Assembly (NCBI GenBank): GCA_964304625.1
Contig: OZ199839.1
Span: forward strand, 1,676,093 to 1,740,092
Length of the DNA: 64,000 nt
DNA from: Kudoa neothunni
Lineage: Eukaryota; Animalia; Cnidaria
Reading direction: 5' to 3'
The number at the start of each line of letters is the position of its first letter. Position 1 is the first letter of the stretch. Under the pieces are notes generated by a model. It saw nothing but the letters and a program-made list of their open reading frames with translations, did no database searches and was not told where the DNA came from. Positions 26,001 through 41,856 of this stretch are shown here, one piece after another. The translations under genes were made by a program, and so were the position numbers.

Positions 26001-28815
26001 ATAAGGCAATAATATTTCTTCTAGAAGGGATTAATTTGATAAATATCAGTTAAATTAATATTATTGGGTTTATTATAGTTAAGAAACTTATGATCAAAAC
26101 AATTTTTTATATATTCGTTTAAAGTTTATACCATAATACATTGAGCATATGCGACAAAGTAACAATATAAAATATTCTATAAAATTCTGTTTAAATTTTT
26201 ATTGTTTTGGAATAGTTATGTTTGCGGGTTTCTTAAATAATATACTAGAGTTTTGGTCAATTTCTATTCTACTTATTAAAATGAAAAAAACTTCGAATTG
26301 TAAATCATTTAAGTATTATTAAATCTTTAATAATTTTTAGTATTATTTAACAAAAAAAGTAGAAACAAAAAGGGATAGAAAGGGTTAAATGAAATTTTAC
26401 CATTCATACGTAATATCTATGAATTTTTAAAATTTATAGAGCATACCTACCAATTGGGCCCATGGTCATAATCCTAGCGATTGTTTGGCTGTGAAAGAAC
26501 ATTTGAACTACGTCTATCAGCATTACAATGATGGAATATTTGAAAAACTAGTTGCGAACGATCTTCTCGAAAACAATCATCAGATCGCCCTTCACTTGAA
26601 ACCAGATGTAGTCTATTTGGTTCTTGTCGTTATTGTTATTTGTGTTATGGATGGAATATTATAGTCGAAATTTATTGAAAAATTAAACCAGCAAGAAACT
26701 GTACTTCTCACTCAGAGAGTAGAAAAAACAAATGGTGCCAATCACTTCCAAACAGTTGAAACAAAAGTCGAAGATCCAGCGTTTGTTGATAAGATCTTAC
26801 CCAAAATCACTCTAGAAGGTAATCACTTTGTTTCACCCTCAACTTTTTATATTACAAATAAATAAATTCGAAAATCACTGTTTATAGATCTATCCGTTGA
26901 ATTACCCGCATATGTCGCCGAGCACAATATCGTTGGTATGTTCATATGCTAAGTTTGGGGCGAAGGTGTTTAACCGCGAGGATATTTTAAGGAGATGAAA
27001 CGCCACTTCAAACCACCACACAACCGACCAATGGCGTTGCTTATGTTAGAATCCTCTTGAACACCAACAGTTTGCCTCTTTTGTTGCGACCTTATCTACC
27101 ATTGTTCTCACATGTTATTACACAGTGAATTTTCGCGTGTATGTCGTTTTCAGTTTATATACGATTATTATGATAGAATTGGAGCTAATGAAATGTCCCA
27201 TGAACAAATTGCTGAATTGATCTCGTTGAATTCTTCTCCTTACAGTGCGAGCCCCTTGGTTAGAGTGAATCTCAACAATTTCAATGATTATGATAAAGTA
27301 TTTTCCTTTTAAGTTTAGTGGAATTGGAGTTGATATCATTGGCAGGGATTGATGCTTTCCTCATTCTGTCCTTACGATAACGCCGTCAAAATGATGGAAA
27401 TATGGAATGCCATTTTTTCCAAGTAATGATATCTTGTACAATTGACTGTGTTTTAAATTCGAAAACAGACCTACCATAATAAACGATGAACACATGAGGA
27501 TCTTGGTTTCAGAATACATCGATAGTCAATTATCTTCGGTTGTGGATAATGGCCATCATTACGCCATGACCAGAGCCTGCTCTCATCTCACCAGGCCGTT
27601 CGCGTATAAAGAGTTACTAGGTGGATTGTCTCAGGTGGAATTCTCGAGACATCTTGGTGATATGCTTCAGGCGAATCACCAAGAGGGATTGCATTCTATA
27701 TGCGAAAAACTAATACAAATTGCTTCATGTCTCTTAGATCGTTCGAAAATAAGGCAATTTAATCATTATAAATTTATTCATTTATAAAAATAAATTTGTT
27801 GTTATTTAGTTGTTTTGTTGTCTGTGAAGATCATTACGTGCCTCAAATGGTCAACATTATCAACAGCTTTATTTCAGACGTTCCCAGAAATTTTGAGGAA
27901 CCCTTTCCTACCGTCAAAGTTTCGCAGAGACTGCAATTGGATTTTAATAGTTTTCTAGTCTCCACAGTCTACCACTGCCAACTCAAATCACATAAAAGAA
28001 TTCATATACATGCCTTCTCGAATTAACTACAATGCATCCTCATATCGAATACCGCAATTTCTCCATCCAGATTATCCATAGTATGGTTTTTTTATTCGAC
28101 GTGTTTATTATAGCTGTATAGTTTCAAGGTGTTGACCTTATTGGTTACAAGCAAGTTTTTGCTTCCTAAAATAAGGTATGTCACGTATTTATTTGAGATT
28201 TTGTGGATTTGATTTCAAGGGAGCTTGGGGGAGCTTATGGAGCCGGGGCTATCGCCTCAGATGGATGTTTGTCTTTCTATTCCTATAGGTATTGTTGGGT
28301 TGGTAGATAGATACATGTGAATGTATTTAAAAAGAGATCCGAATCTGCTCACAACCTTCGGCAACTTTGAAAAGTCCATAGAATGGTTAATTAATCGCGA
28401 ATACGACATGAGATCGTTTGAAGAGGCCAAAGTGAGGGCTATTGGAACTGTAAGTTTATTACCTAGTTATAAAAACTGATCGTTGAGAAATGTGCTAGTT
28501 ACTCACCCCTATCCCGCCCAGTAAACGTACCCTCTCATTGTTCACTAATGGTATCACCAACGAACACATTTCCAACTACAGAAATGTTATCAAGAGTTGT
28601 CAACCTGAAGATATCGAAAGAATCGTTAAAACGTAAGCGTTCATCAGGTCTATTTGGAATTTTTTATGATGATGTTTGACAGGTATTTGTGCGAGGATAC
28701 AGCCAACCTTGAAAAATCGCATCCGTTCGTCTCTTCCGTATCCATTGGTGAAAATTTCTCCCAAATCAAAGATGATAATTCATGGGTATTAAATACAAAA
28801 TATGATACAAACTAA
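23002..28815 (+). CDS. PITRM1: Mitochondrial presequence protease (M16C), multi-exon, with apparent frameshifts
   Basis: [36 protein letters not shown] (HxxEH), [24 protein letters not shown] and [10 protein letters not shown]...FYSYRDPN motifs. Putative targeting peptide [22 protein letters not shown]. Extra bases at GGGGG 23900-23904 and CCC 24465-24467. Confidence 0.95.
25055..26384. mobile_element. piggyBac-type MITE inside a PITRM1 intron
   Basis: tata|cctttcctatccc ... gggatagaaaggg|ttaa terminal inverted repeats inside the only long intron; contains a (TA)n tract at ~25766-25788. Confidence 0.7.
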
Positions 28816-29711
28816 TGCGTACAATGTCCGAAAAGCTTGTTCGCTCTTTCGTGCGTCATCAGTAGAATATCAATTTAGACTCTATATGTATTAGTGTCTA
28901 AATTAAAATTATAACGCGTTTCTATTATCTAAAATTAGCCTTATTTTCGTTTAATATTTAAATCGACAGTACTATATTTTGGATTCAAATTTTATATCTA
29001 TTTTCAAATGGGCGTTTAATATTTTTATTACCATATTATTGTGTTAAAATTTTGTTACAAAATAGTTCAATATGAAACAATTTAATTCATAAAATAACAT
29101 ATATCGCATTAAAAAATATGAGTTGATCTATTCCAACTTTAATATATTATTATTTATTTTTATTTTAAATTCAAAAATAACTATTTTATTATTATTTCAC
29201 ATTTCAATATATTACAACCAGAATTGTTTAATATTTTTCTCGAATAATAATTGTTTATTTTAGTAAATATATATATTCATGATTAATAGAGAAATATTCT
29301 TAAAACTATACATTTTTTGATGTGCACTAATTATAAATTATATGAATTTTCTTAAATAATTGAATATTCGGATTGTATTGAAATTGATTTTATTGACATA
29401 TACCTGAATTTATATATCTTGTTATACAAATTCCTCTTGCCAAGATATAGTAGGGTCCACGTGAAACCCAAGACGCTCATTTTTGCATTCTTATTTTTAT
29501 AAACTTTGATTAATTAGTTTAGATTTTTATTAAAATTATTTTAAAATGGAATTTTCAAACATAATTAAGAGATTTATTTTCTTGAACGAAAAACGTCAGT
29601 ATTTATTTTATCTATTAATTGTTTAAATGTACCGGTCTAATTAATCATAAAAAAGCATTAAAATTAATTCTTTGGTGATGTTTGGAGAATAAATATAAGA
29701 ATTTTTTAAAT

Positions 29712-30321
29712 CAGGGGTTCTCAATCGTTTTTACCAATTTACCCTTCGGCCTGATGAAAAATGTAAATTTACGCACGTAATATGGAAGCCAAATTCATAT
29801 TTACTTAAAGGTTTTATACTAGTTTAACTATAACAGTCTATTTTAAGGGTGAATTCTAATCGGAAAAGGCATGTACACTTGTGAAATGACAATATTTAGT
29901 CCCATCAAATCTTACTCATAAACTGTATGCAGTTTTAATTTCTTAGATTTTGTTAAATTAAATTATTTCTGGCCTGTTCATCCACTTTTAGGGGTCAGGA
30001 GTAATTAAAAATAGTCAAACCTAGTGACACCTGAATATTATTTATTATGCCAATAATCATTTTAAGTATTTAATTATTATTATTATTATTAGGTTACGTC
30101 ACTAAAAGATAAATGAGGCACAAACAAGAGATCGGTAATAGTTTTACAATCAACTGCTAAACACTTATTCCTAAACACATTTCTGCATCATTCTTATTTT
30201 GTTAAATAGCTCGGAAAAATATAATTTTTGAGAAATTCTGAAGTAAGACAAACTTAATATGTTAAAAATGTACCTATCCAATTATGATGTTCTTAATTTA
30301 TCCCCCGGTTGAGAATCCCTA
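29712..30321. mobile_element. hAT/Charlie MITE
   Basis: TIR caggggttctcaa / ttgagaatcccta; 8-bp TSD ttttaaat / ttctaaat. Confidence 0.8.
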
Positions 30322-30631
30322 TTCTAAATAATAAATTATAATCTTGTATTAATGTAGCCTTACACTTCAAAGGGGCATAATAAAACAAATACTAAACTTG
30401 AGATGTAAATATGAACAGTCGTAGTATTTTAGCACTGAACAATTAATAATGCAACAATAAAAACAGCCACTAGATTAAAACAAAATCTGGCTAACTTTCT
30501 ATGTGGAATACTTATTGAACGGTACAATAATGTTAATTCTAAAGTCTCAACAATTTTTGAAGCATTAAAGCCGCTGGACCGAAACACATAAATACATTAA
30601 AATAAAAATAACACATTGAGGAAAAAAACAA

Positions 30632-33364
<2,733 letters not shown>

Positions 33365-34909
33365 GGTATTTATTTGTTCGTGTATATTCGGGCAAAATCC
33401 CATTAAAAAATTTCAAATCTGGGTCATTACATTTACACATTTGTCCCAATTAGTTTTTTCCAATCTTTTCAATTTTATCGAACCTCTAAAGCCATTAGGA
33501 AATATTAGTTGAAATTTTACTTTTTAAGATAATAACTAATGTTGGCTATGTTATAAAATCTGAAATCCATTATATCCCAGATAAAAAATACATTTGAAGA
33601 ACAATGATCATTGTTTTTAAAAATAAAAATAATAATTTTTTATTGATGAATGATTGAATTACTGACATGAGTATGTGTATTTGTAATAATATGTCATTTC
33701 TCATTGTAGGGTTCATATGTTTATAAATAGAGATCGCAGTTTTCGACGACTATTTATAAAAAATTCGACCATTAAAATCGACATTTATTTTAGTAGGGTA
33801 TCGGTGCTTGCGCGCATATTGAGCGCCTTAAATTAAAATTAATTTTTTATCAAAAAGCGAAAGTTGGAGAACGTCGATGACAATAACGGAAAATAAATTA
33901 GTCTCAATATTGCAATTTTTTCTATAGTTATGAAAATAACTTGAACTGAAATGTCTTGAAACGCTTTTTCAATGAATTATGTTTGTTTGACTTTATATTC
34001 CTGGAAATTCTATTTTGCTGTACAGATAATGTCATTTTTCAATATTTACGGGTTCATTGATTTTCCACCTCCTCTATGTCGAATTATTCAACAAGAAAAC
34101 TAGCAATTTCTGTCCGGTTACCATCCATTTCAAATTTTTTGGAATACTTCGAATATTACTTGAAAATGAACGTCGAAACTTTTTTAAAAATTAGCCTAAA
34201 TCGAAAAATGCGATCCCTAGTTATAAATATAGTTCAGGAATTTTTAAATTTATTAGTTAAGATATATTATTGAACAGATCTGTTATTTGGTCAATGTAAC
34301 CTCATTATAAATGTGTAACAAGTTGTCACCCCTTTTGTATAAACAAACATTCTAATTAGAGTGTTGTTCTTTGTCATTGGTGTGTTATATGAGTGCAATG
34401 GACCCCTCCTATGATCGTAACATTTGGTACAGCATCATACGGCATACATTGTGGGAATTGGCATCCATCCTCATCGGTTACCATAAAGAACCGATAATCA
34501 ATATATTTTTCCCATTATTTTCTCGTCTGTTTTCAATTTTATAGTAATTAAAAATACCAAAACAACGAATGTTCCACAATTCATTCGATTAGGCATGAAA
34601 AGTAATAACTTAGAATGCTTCTTGTAGGGGGACGAGATGCATTCTTCATAGAGAAGGAGAAATGCGTAGGGGTGGGTTGTTAGGTTTTAAAAATCCATTG
34701 TTATAATATATATATATAAAGTTAATCTTAATAAAGATTTTTTAATTGCTGTGGTAATTATTAAAGTTAAATTAAAGTAGAGGGCCTATTTTTGGTATTC
34801 TTGTATCTATTAAACGACAGATGATATCTGCATGATAAATTTTAACCCTGAACTGTAGTAACGCAGGCTTAATATCAATTTTCACGATTCCAACAACTCT
34901 TTCTTACAA

Positions 34910-35030
34910 ATTATATACAGATTTAATATTATAGATTCTGTTGTATTTAATTATTTCTGGTCTGCCACTATGTTCGAAGGACCAAAAATAATTTAATATA
35001 GTCCAAACTAGTAACACCTAAATAATATAT
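34910..35030 (+). repeat. Diverged copy of the internal part of the 29712-30321 MITE family
   Basis: tagattctgttgtatttaattatttctggtctg...atagtccaaactagtaacacctaaata aligns by eye to 29943-30040 (tagattttgttaaattaaattatttctggcctg...atagtcaaacctagtgacacctgaata). Confidence 0.6.
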
Positions 35031-35475
35031 ATTGTTTCAAAAGTCAACTACAAAATATTCATTTTGTCAGATAACTTAATTCAAATATAGATTTGGTTCC
35101 TTTTTCGAACATTCTTTTTACCTTGGAAAATTTAGACTGACTAAAAAAACGGAGAATAAAATGATTTAACCTTGTTTTAATGAAAATCATACAATCTTAA
35201 CCGATACATTGAATAATATTTAAATGAAGATTTAATAATCGAAAAGAAAATAAATCCGAAAGCTATCTTCCTGCTCTAATTTGGTCACATGGTAACCAAC
35301 CCAACGGACATATTGCCTGAAAGATACTAACAGGCTATTTACCCTACTGTAGGCGAGTTTAAGATATGATTAATTTTCTCAAATTAATTTTTCATTTTTA
35401 CAAGGAAAAGTGCCACGTGATGTAAAAACAAATATACAATATCTAATAATACACAAATTTTCCTAAGATATAAAA

Positions 35476-35709
35476 TTATTTTCGCTTTGAGTTGTAAAAA
35501 AGCTCATGTTTTATTCTTTCGATCGCTAGTCTGACCTCGACCACATTTGGGCTGGTTTGATCGAATATCATTCCTGCCATTGCACCAACAAATAGACCCG
35601 ACGCCAAATGCATATTCATTGAAGTGAAAAGGACTCCAGCTATGAAACCTTTCATATAAGGGAATATACTTTTTTTGCTATTAGAATTCTCATTGGATCT
35701 GGAGCCCAT
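35476..35709 (-). CDS. Intronless small membrane protein resembling the SLC35A4 uORF microprotein / STMP1 family; start may be 35709, 35730 or 35793
   Basis: FPYMKGFIAGVLFTSMNMHLASGLFVGAMAGMIFDQTSPNVVEVRLAIERIKHELFYNSKRK aligns by eye with remembered human SLC35A4-MP (SPFLKGFLAGYVVAKLRASAVLGFAVGTCTGIYAAQAYAVPNVEK) and STMP1 ([30 protein letters not shown]). Confidence 0.7.
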   Translation of the reverse strand: MGSRSNENSNSKKSIFPYMKGFIAGVLFTSMNMHLASGLFVGAMAGMIFDQTSPNVVEVRLAIERIKHELFYNSKRK

Positions 35710-35762
35710 TGAGCAGGGGGAATTTGTCATGAATGATCTTCGTATTACATCGATTAAAATCA

Positions 35763-36723
35763 ATGGATCTTCGGAGGGGTCGGATAGAAGCATTAAATAA
35801 AGAAAAGTTAGATAACCCAGTAAAATACTGGAATGTTTTTTATCGGCGAAACGGAGATCGTTTTTTCAAAGACCGTCATTGGCTCTCTTTTGAGTTTGAA
35901 GCCATTTTTAAGTAAATGAAGTTTTTCAATCAAAAATCCACTTACATTAAAATAAATATCAATTTTTCACTTTCCACTCTAGAGCTAAATGTGATGAGAA
36001 ATGTAATTTCTTAGAGGCGGGTTGTGGCGTTGGTAACACTCTGTTTCCTTTGATGGAATTGTATCCTCGATGGAATTTTTTCGGGTGTGATTTTTCTTCT
36101 AACGCAATATCAATATTGAATGTATTGAATATCTTTTTTAATGTATTTAAATGTATTTAAATGGCAATAATTTTAGGAGAGAAAAAAAGCAGTTACCATT
36201 GGTAGTAATATTTCTACCTTTGTTTGCGACCTCACTAAAGATGATATCTCTAAATTGATCAAATTCTGTACCTTGGATATTGTAGTCATGATTTTTGTAT
36301 TGTCGGCAATTACGCCAGAGAATATGAAACGTTGCATAGAGAATATTGCAAAAGTAGTGGATGACTTTCGTTATTGGCGAAATCATCAATTTTTAGGCAC
36401 TAAATACGGGAGGGCAGATTCTTTTCAGGGATTACGCTTACGGTGACGAAGCTCAAATTCGTTTCGGTGATGATAACAAAGTTAACAATAATCAATTTGT
36501 TCGAAGTGACGGGACCCAAACCTACTTTTTCACTTTGGGTCAGTTAGTTTAGGTGTAATGTTTGATTTTTATTTTTATTTTAGATGAGATAAAAATATTA
36601 TTTGAAAGTTGTGGGCTCAAAACTATCCATTGTAATTATGTAGAACAACAGTTTATAAAATTCAAGGACAATATTGAAATGAATCGATTATTTGTTCAAG
36701 GAATATTTGTTTTAGATAAATGA
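35763..36723 (+). CDS. METTL6: tRNA N3-methylcytidine methyltransferase, METTL6-like (5 exons)
   Basis: KYWNVFYRRNGDRFFKDRHW, LEAGCGVGNTLFPL, CDFS, CDLTKDD, IFVLSAI, LFRDYAYGD, FVRSDGTQTYFFT, RLFVQG. Alternative in-frame ATG at 35733. Confidence 0.9.
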
Positions 36724-37119
36724 TTAGTGTGATTTAATTTTGTAATTTTTTATTTTTATAGTTGCGCAATCGATAACACTTATAGCGCATCTGGATGTTG
36801 TACACATTGTACACTAACTATCAAATTTAACTTTTAATCTGTGAAGAATTTCATTATATTTATTAAAAATCATTATTTAAGAAAAAATTATTAGTACATT
36901 TTTGAAAATCTTCTAATAACAGTTTGGAAAGGTTCTAATTTTCAAGGAATCATTATTACTCTCTTTTGTTATAATATTTCTGAAATTTCAAATCAGTAAA
37001 AAATTCTTATCCCCGCTTTTTGTCGAAAAGAAGATTAACCGATATTTCGCACATTTTTCCGCCATTAATCCTATTTTTGCTCTGATGAGTATACAATAAA
37101 ATATAATTTTCCCTTAGTT

Positions 37120-38815
37120 CAGTGGTGGGAAAAAGTTTTGAGTGTACGGGCCGCATTGTTTACTACGCGTTTTTTGAGAATTAAAATACTTATTGGTGGC
37201 TTTTCTAACATTTTTGTTACAATAAAAAAAAATGTATATAAATTAATTTAAAAATGCTTCCAATTAGATTAACTTAATAAGTAATTATTGATTTTTTTAA
37301 GTAAAAAAATTATGTGATTGGCATACTATTTAAATTACGATTAAAATAATCGGACTTATAAATAACAAATTTTCATTTTATCTGAAATTATGAAAAACTA
37401 ATATTACTCATTGAGTAGATATGAAATATTTGAACAATAACTCTGTTAGAATTATTTCATAGCTATTTTAAACATGGCATTCAATATATTATATCATAAT
37501 TTAACTAGAAACCTAAGTTATAAATGGGAATATAATTAAATTAACCAAAATTAATTACATTTATGATATTTCATATTACAGCAAATTTGTTGTGACTTAA
37601 ATATCACCAACGAATAGAATTTTGTTAAAATCTATTACGATGTATTTTAACTCCAAAATATGATTTAAATAACATAAAATTATAAAAATCGTAATTGTTG
37701 TAGATATCAATGTAATATTCGTATTTTTAAAGTTTTGTAAAATAATCCTTAGAGCAAAAATCCCCTCAAAAAATTATAAATAATAATTATTTGTTACTTG
37801 AAATTATTTCCTTTTATTTCACTTAATTATATCAATTAATAAAAATATATTAATCTTAAGGCTCCAACTCCTAACTGATTGGGGTTGGTTTTTATAACTT
37901 TCAAGGTATATTAAGATCGTTTATTCTTTATTGTTATCGGTTATTTTCTCATTGAATTCCCCAGGTTTCGTTTGATGATGCCGCTTCAAATTATATTCCT
38001 TTAATACAGCAACTGATTCAAGGCAGCGAAAATACATCACATCTTTCATCAAATGAATGGAGAAATATTTTTGAGTCGAATCATCACTAAAATTAGGGAT
38101 TTCATCAAAAACTGTACGCTTTTAGGAGGACACTTATGTATAGTTGTGCAAAAACGTGTTGCCAAAAAACGACGATTAATAAGGGAAATTTGAGCGCATT
38201 ATCACTCAATAACATTAAGCTGATAAATGTTGATGCACCTCTGTAATAAACTTTTAAGTTTTATAAATCTAAGGATATCTAGAAAATGATACAAATTAAA
38301 TCGATTTTATACCTTTTGAAAAATAGCAAAAAGTAATTTTTCCTTGAATACATCGTTTGTAATGCATGTTATAGGAATGATTCCTATCGTGTTAAATTTC
38401 TAATTTAGGGATGAGTATCGCAAGCTCGCGGTTTTTAATATTTAGTCATTTCTAGATTCTTTTTGTTCTAAATTAAATCTCATGTATAAATTATTTCAGA
38501 CGTCGATAATCTGTTATTTTGTTTTAAGCGCGTACCAGATCTTATCTTGATCATTATTACATATAATCATAGGTAGGTTACAAGGGTAAGTAAAATTTCA
38601 AATCAGATAACGAAATCACGTAAATCTAAATTTATAAATCCATAATATTTATCATAAAACTATATTTGAATTTGTTAATAGAAGAAAAATGCTGCCTTGA
38701 TGTTATTAGATTGTGAAAACGCGTGGATGCTCGCGTAATATTGCAGCCGTATAAAACCAAAACCGTCCGCGGGCCGCAGAAAAACTCTTCGAGGCCCGCA
38801 CTTTGCACATCATTC
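37120..38815. mobile_element. hAT/Charlie-type non-autonomous element
   Basis: Starts cagtggtgggaaaag; degenerate inverted right end; subterminal (g)cgggccgca motifs at both ends; 8-bp TSD ccttagtt / ctttagtt. Confidence 0.7.
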
Positions 38816-39375
38816 CTTTAGTTGAATGGAAAATTTGTACAATGTATGTATATTTTCCGTCTCATTATCCTTAAAACTGTTTTTTTAATAATCGAATTTC
38901 GTTATTTTGATAAACGTACATATTGCTTTACGATAATTCGAACACCCGCATGGATACAAATCCCATTTACAAACATTTACTAGCTACTGTATCATGTTAA
39001 TTCTTGTACTTGCTGAAAGTATTCTACATAAAGAGAAATACGAGAATTATAATAGTTCTAATTTTAATAGATTTAGTCATATTAATAATAATTAGTGTAA
39101 ACGTATTGAAGGGAATTCTTTTTTCAAAGGGTACATATCGCACATTCTATAATTTAGATTGGTTCAAAAGGGCCTTTAATTATACTGTAAACTGAATTTA
39201 AAATATGAATTAATAGGATAATTCAAATAAAATGAGGGTAGAATAATACCGTTGTATAAACTCGCAGGGACAAACTTAATTTTTCTCTGTGGCGCGAGCA
39301 TAAACGTGCGAAAATCGGTTGCCTACTGTAATATTTTTTTGAATGTTATTAAGAGACGTCTCTATGCTAAATCTT

Positions 39376-39405
39376 CCCCAAGCAACGCTGGGCAATGCGC
39401 GCTAG
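39376..39405 (+). mobile_element. Helitron 3' terminus (hairpin + CTAG|T)
   Basis: cccaagc-aac-gctggg hairpin followed 9 nt later by CTAG and T, the canonical Helitron 3' end. The 5' end was not located. Confidence 0.55.
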
Positions 39406-39799
39406 TTTTGACTAAAATGGTAAAATTTACCACTTAGAAATTATTTTCTCTTCAAAGTGCATATCAATCACTATCTTAATAATAATATCAATTAATATTA
39501 TCATTCCCAGCACGTTTATTAAAACGAAGAAAGATAATTTCGGGCTGTATAATTATAGAAACGCATCAGGAATTTATTATTTCTTAATAGCTGATAATAT
39601 CTTTCTTTATATCAAAAGTTGTCTACAAGAATATAAAGATAAAATCTAAGAATTAAACGACTAAAAAAATTCACAAGTATGGAAGTTGAATCTTCGATCT
39701 AATCCTTAAAAAACATAACAGATATCATGAGAGATTATCATTATAAAATTATTCTTAATATAGGCAAGGCTGCTTTCAATAATCATGAAATATGAAACC

Positions 39800-41240
39800 C
39801 TTAAGTAAGTATTATTGGGGTAAAAATCGTATTAGGTACCAGGTATCAAAAACCAGAATGCATTTCTCGGTGAACGTTCATACCCTACCCACGTGATGTG
39901 AGGATTACCTTGCACAGTACTCTTATAATAGTAGCTAAGTCCGAAAATCTTTGTAACTTAGGTATTGTAGCATATTCGGATGGGTGATTTCATACATTTC
40001 ATTAAATTATTTGTCGGATATAATCAGAATGTTATCTGTTAAGGCAGAATTGAGTTGCCGGGCTGGAAACCCTGCTTTTTTAAAACTTTAATGGTGGTAG
40101 GTATACTTACTTACATCTATGTCTGTTAAATCAACATTATTGAATCTAAAATGGTTGGGGAAGTCTTCTCTAATACCACATCAATACATCAAATAAATAT
40201 TTTTATCGTTGTCATTTTATATGAACATTTGAATACGTGAATAATCCTTTGGTCTAATCTAGCGGTTGCAATAAACTTCTAGTTATTTTGGGTATAAAGA
40301 TCAGTTTTATGTTGTTGAAAGATTTTTATAATGTGAGGTTGCATTATATGGAAATATTAGAACATCTTTGTTTTTTTTTTCATAAACATAAGGTTCATTT
40401 TTGTCATATATCGTAGAAAGATTTCCCCCAATCATCCAAGACTCCTTGTTGGATTCATATAGGATTGTGAGACTATTTATATTTTTAAGGCATCTAGGCT
40501 TTCGATAGGACCGAATAAAAACTTAAGGTCAAACTTTATCTCCATCTAATGAAGCACCGAATAAAATTGTCATGCGTTTTCAAATCTTTTTGTTCCCTTT
40601 ATATGATTTTTTATTGAATTTACATAACTTTTCATATACAAAATATGCAGGTATTGTGAATGAAAAGATGTAACTAGTTGCGGTCGGTAAACAAAGCCGT
40701 TTCGTCTATAATGTAAATACAATGATTATTGTATTATTGGAACAAGTTTTTAAGCTGAGGAAGCTATTCAGAATTATTGCATGGGTCATCGTCAGCAGAT
40801 TCTCCGTGGAGTTTATGTTTTTGGGATTAAATCTCGGCTGGAAACATCGCAACCACTCATATATTGCATCTTATTGTAAGTTCTTGTTTATGACAATTTC
40901 ATTTCTCTTGTCTATGATGTCAGAGGCTGTTAATTTAATTTTTTTGATCGCGCCCGACATATCCAATTATAGACACATTTGTCGAGAGAAATATTGGTTA
41001 TATCATATAAATTTTTGTTATTTTTACAAACCGATCCTCCTCCAAAAATTTCTGTTTTTCTCGTCACTTTTTAAATTATCACTAAGAATGAATATTAGTG
41101 ATATTTTCAAATGTTTTATAGCGGGGGTCGACAACGACTGGGCTGTCAATGATAAAGTTAATTTTTTTTTGATGAAACTTGTATAATTTTCCCAATTTTT
41201 AATGCCGGTCTTTTCAGCACATAAATAAACTTGATAGCAA
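39800..41240 (-). pseudogene. Possible decayed Helitron Rep/PIF1-helicase relic
   Basis: Scattered minus-strand fragments in collinear order weakly resemble RepHel motifs (TSF...VDPRYKTF; LPPLK; FGLSYYYKSTVQG ~ RLAFAMTINKSQG); many stops. Confidence 0.25.
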
Positions 41241-41856
41241 TGTGAACGAAGTTAATTAATTATTACCCCCATTTTCTAAATATAAAGTCTAAAAAACGAA
41301 ATAGAAATTAAAATATTCCCCCAAACAAATACCTTACTTATTTTGACTGATTATGTGATATTAGTTTTATTGTGACCAATGGAAACGTTTAATTATTGTT
41401 TTTTACGACTTCGAATCATTTTTTAAATACATCAAAATTTAAATTCAACATCAATAATATCAGGTAAATTATGAAATAAAAAATTGTAAAAACAAGCCAT
41501 TCCGTCACAAAAATGTCGAACATTCACGCTCGTTATATTTTTTCTCTCGTTAAAATAAAAATGTATTCTTTTTAATTTCAACGTATAAATTTACTAATCC
41601 GAATTTCAATTTTATTGTGAAAAATTCATTACATCAAAAGGATTTTAATAAATTTTGAGCCACCTCCTAGTTTGGCTTGACTATCGGGCCCGGAGACCCA
41701 ATAGGATAGCCGACCATTTCTCCATATTAACAGGTTTTGTACTTCTTTATGTGATGCATGAAAATATTTTCTGATTTTATATTTCTCTCCAATTTTCGGT
41801 TGTTGAATTTAACTGTATTGGCCGTTTACATCAATTTTACGAACACTATAAATTAA

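Noticed and set aside
40722-41186. 154-aa hydrophobic plus-strand ORF
   Set aside because: Composition is typical of an antisense frame in AT-rich DNA; no motif or splice support.
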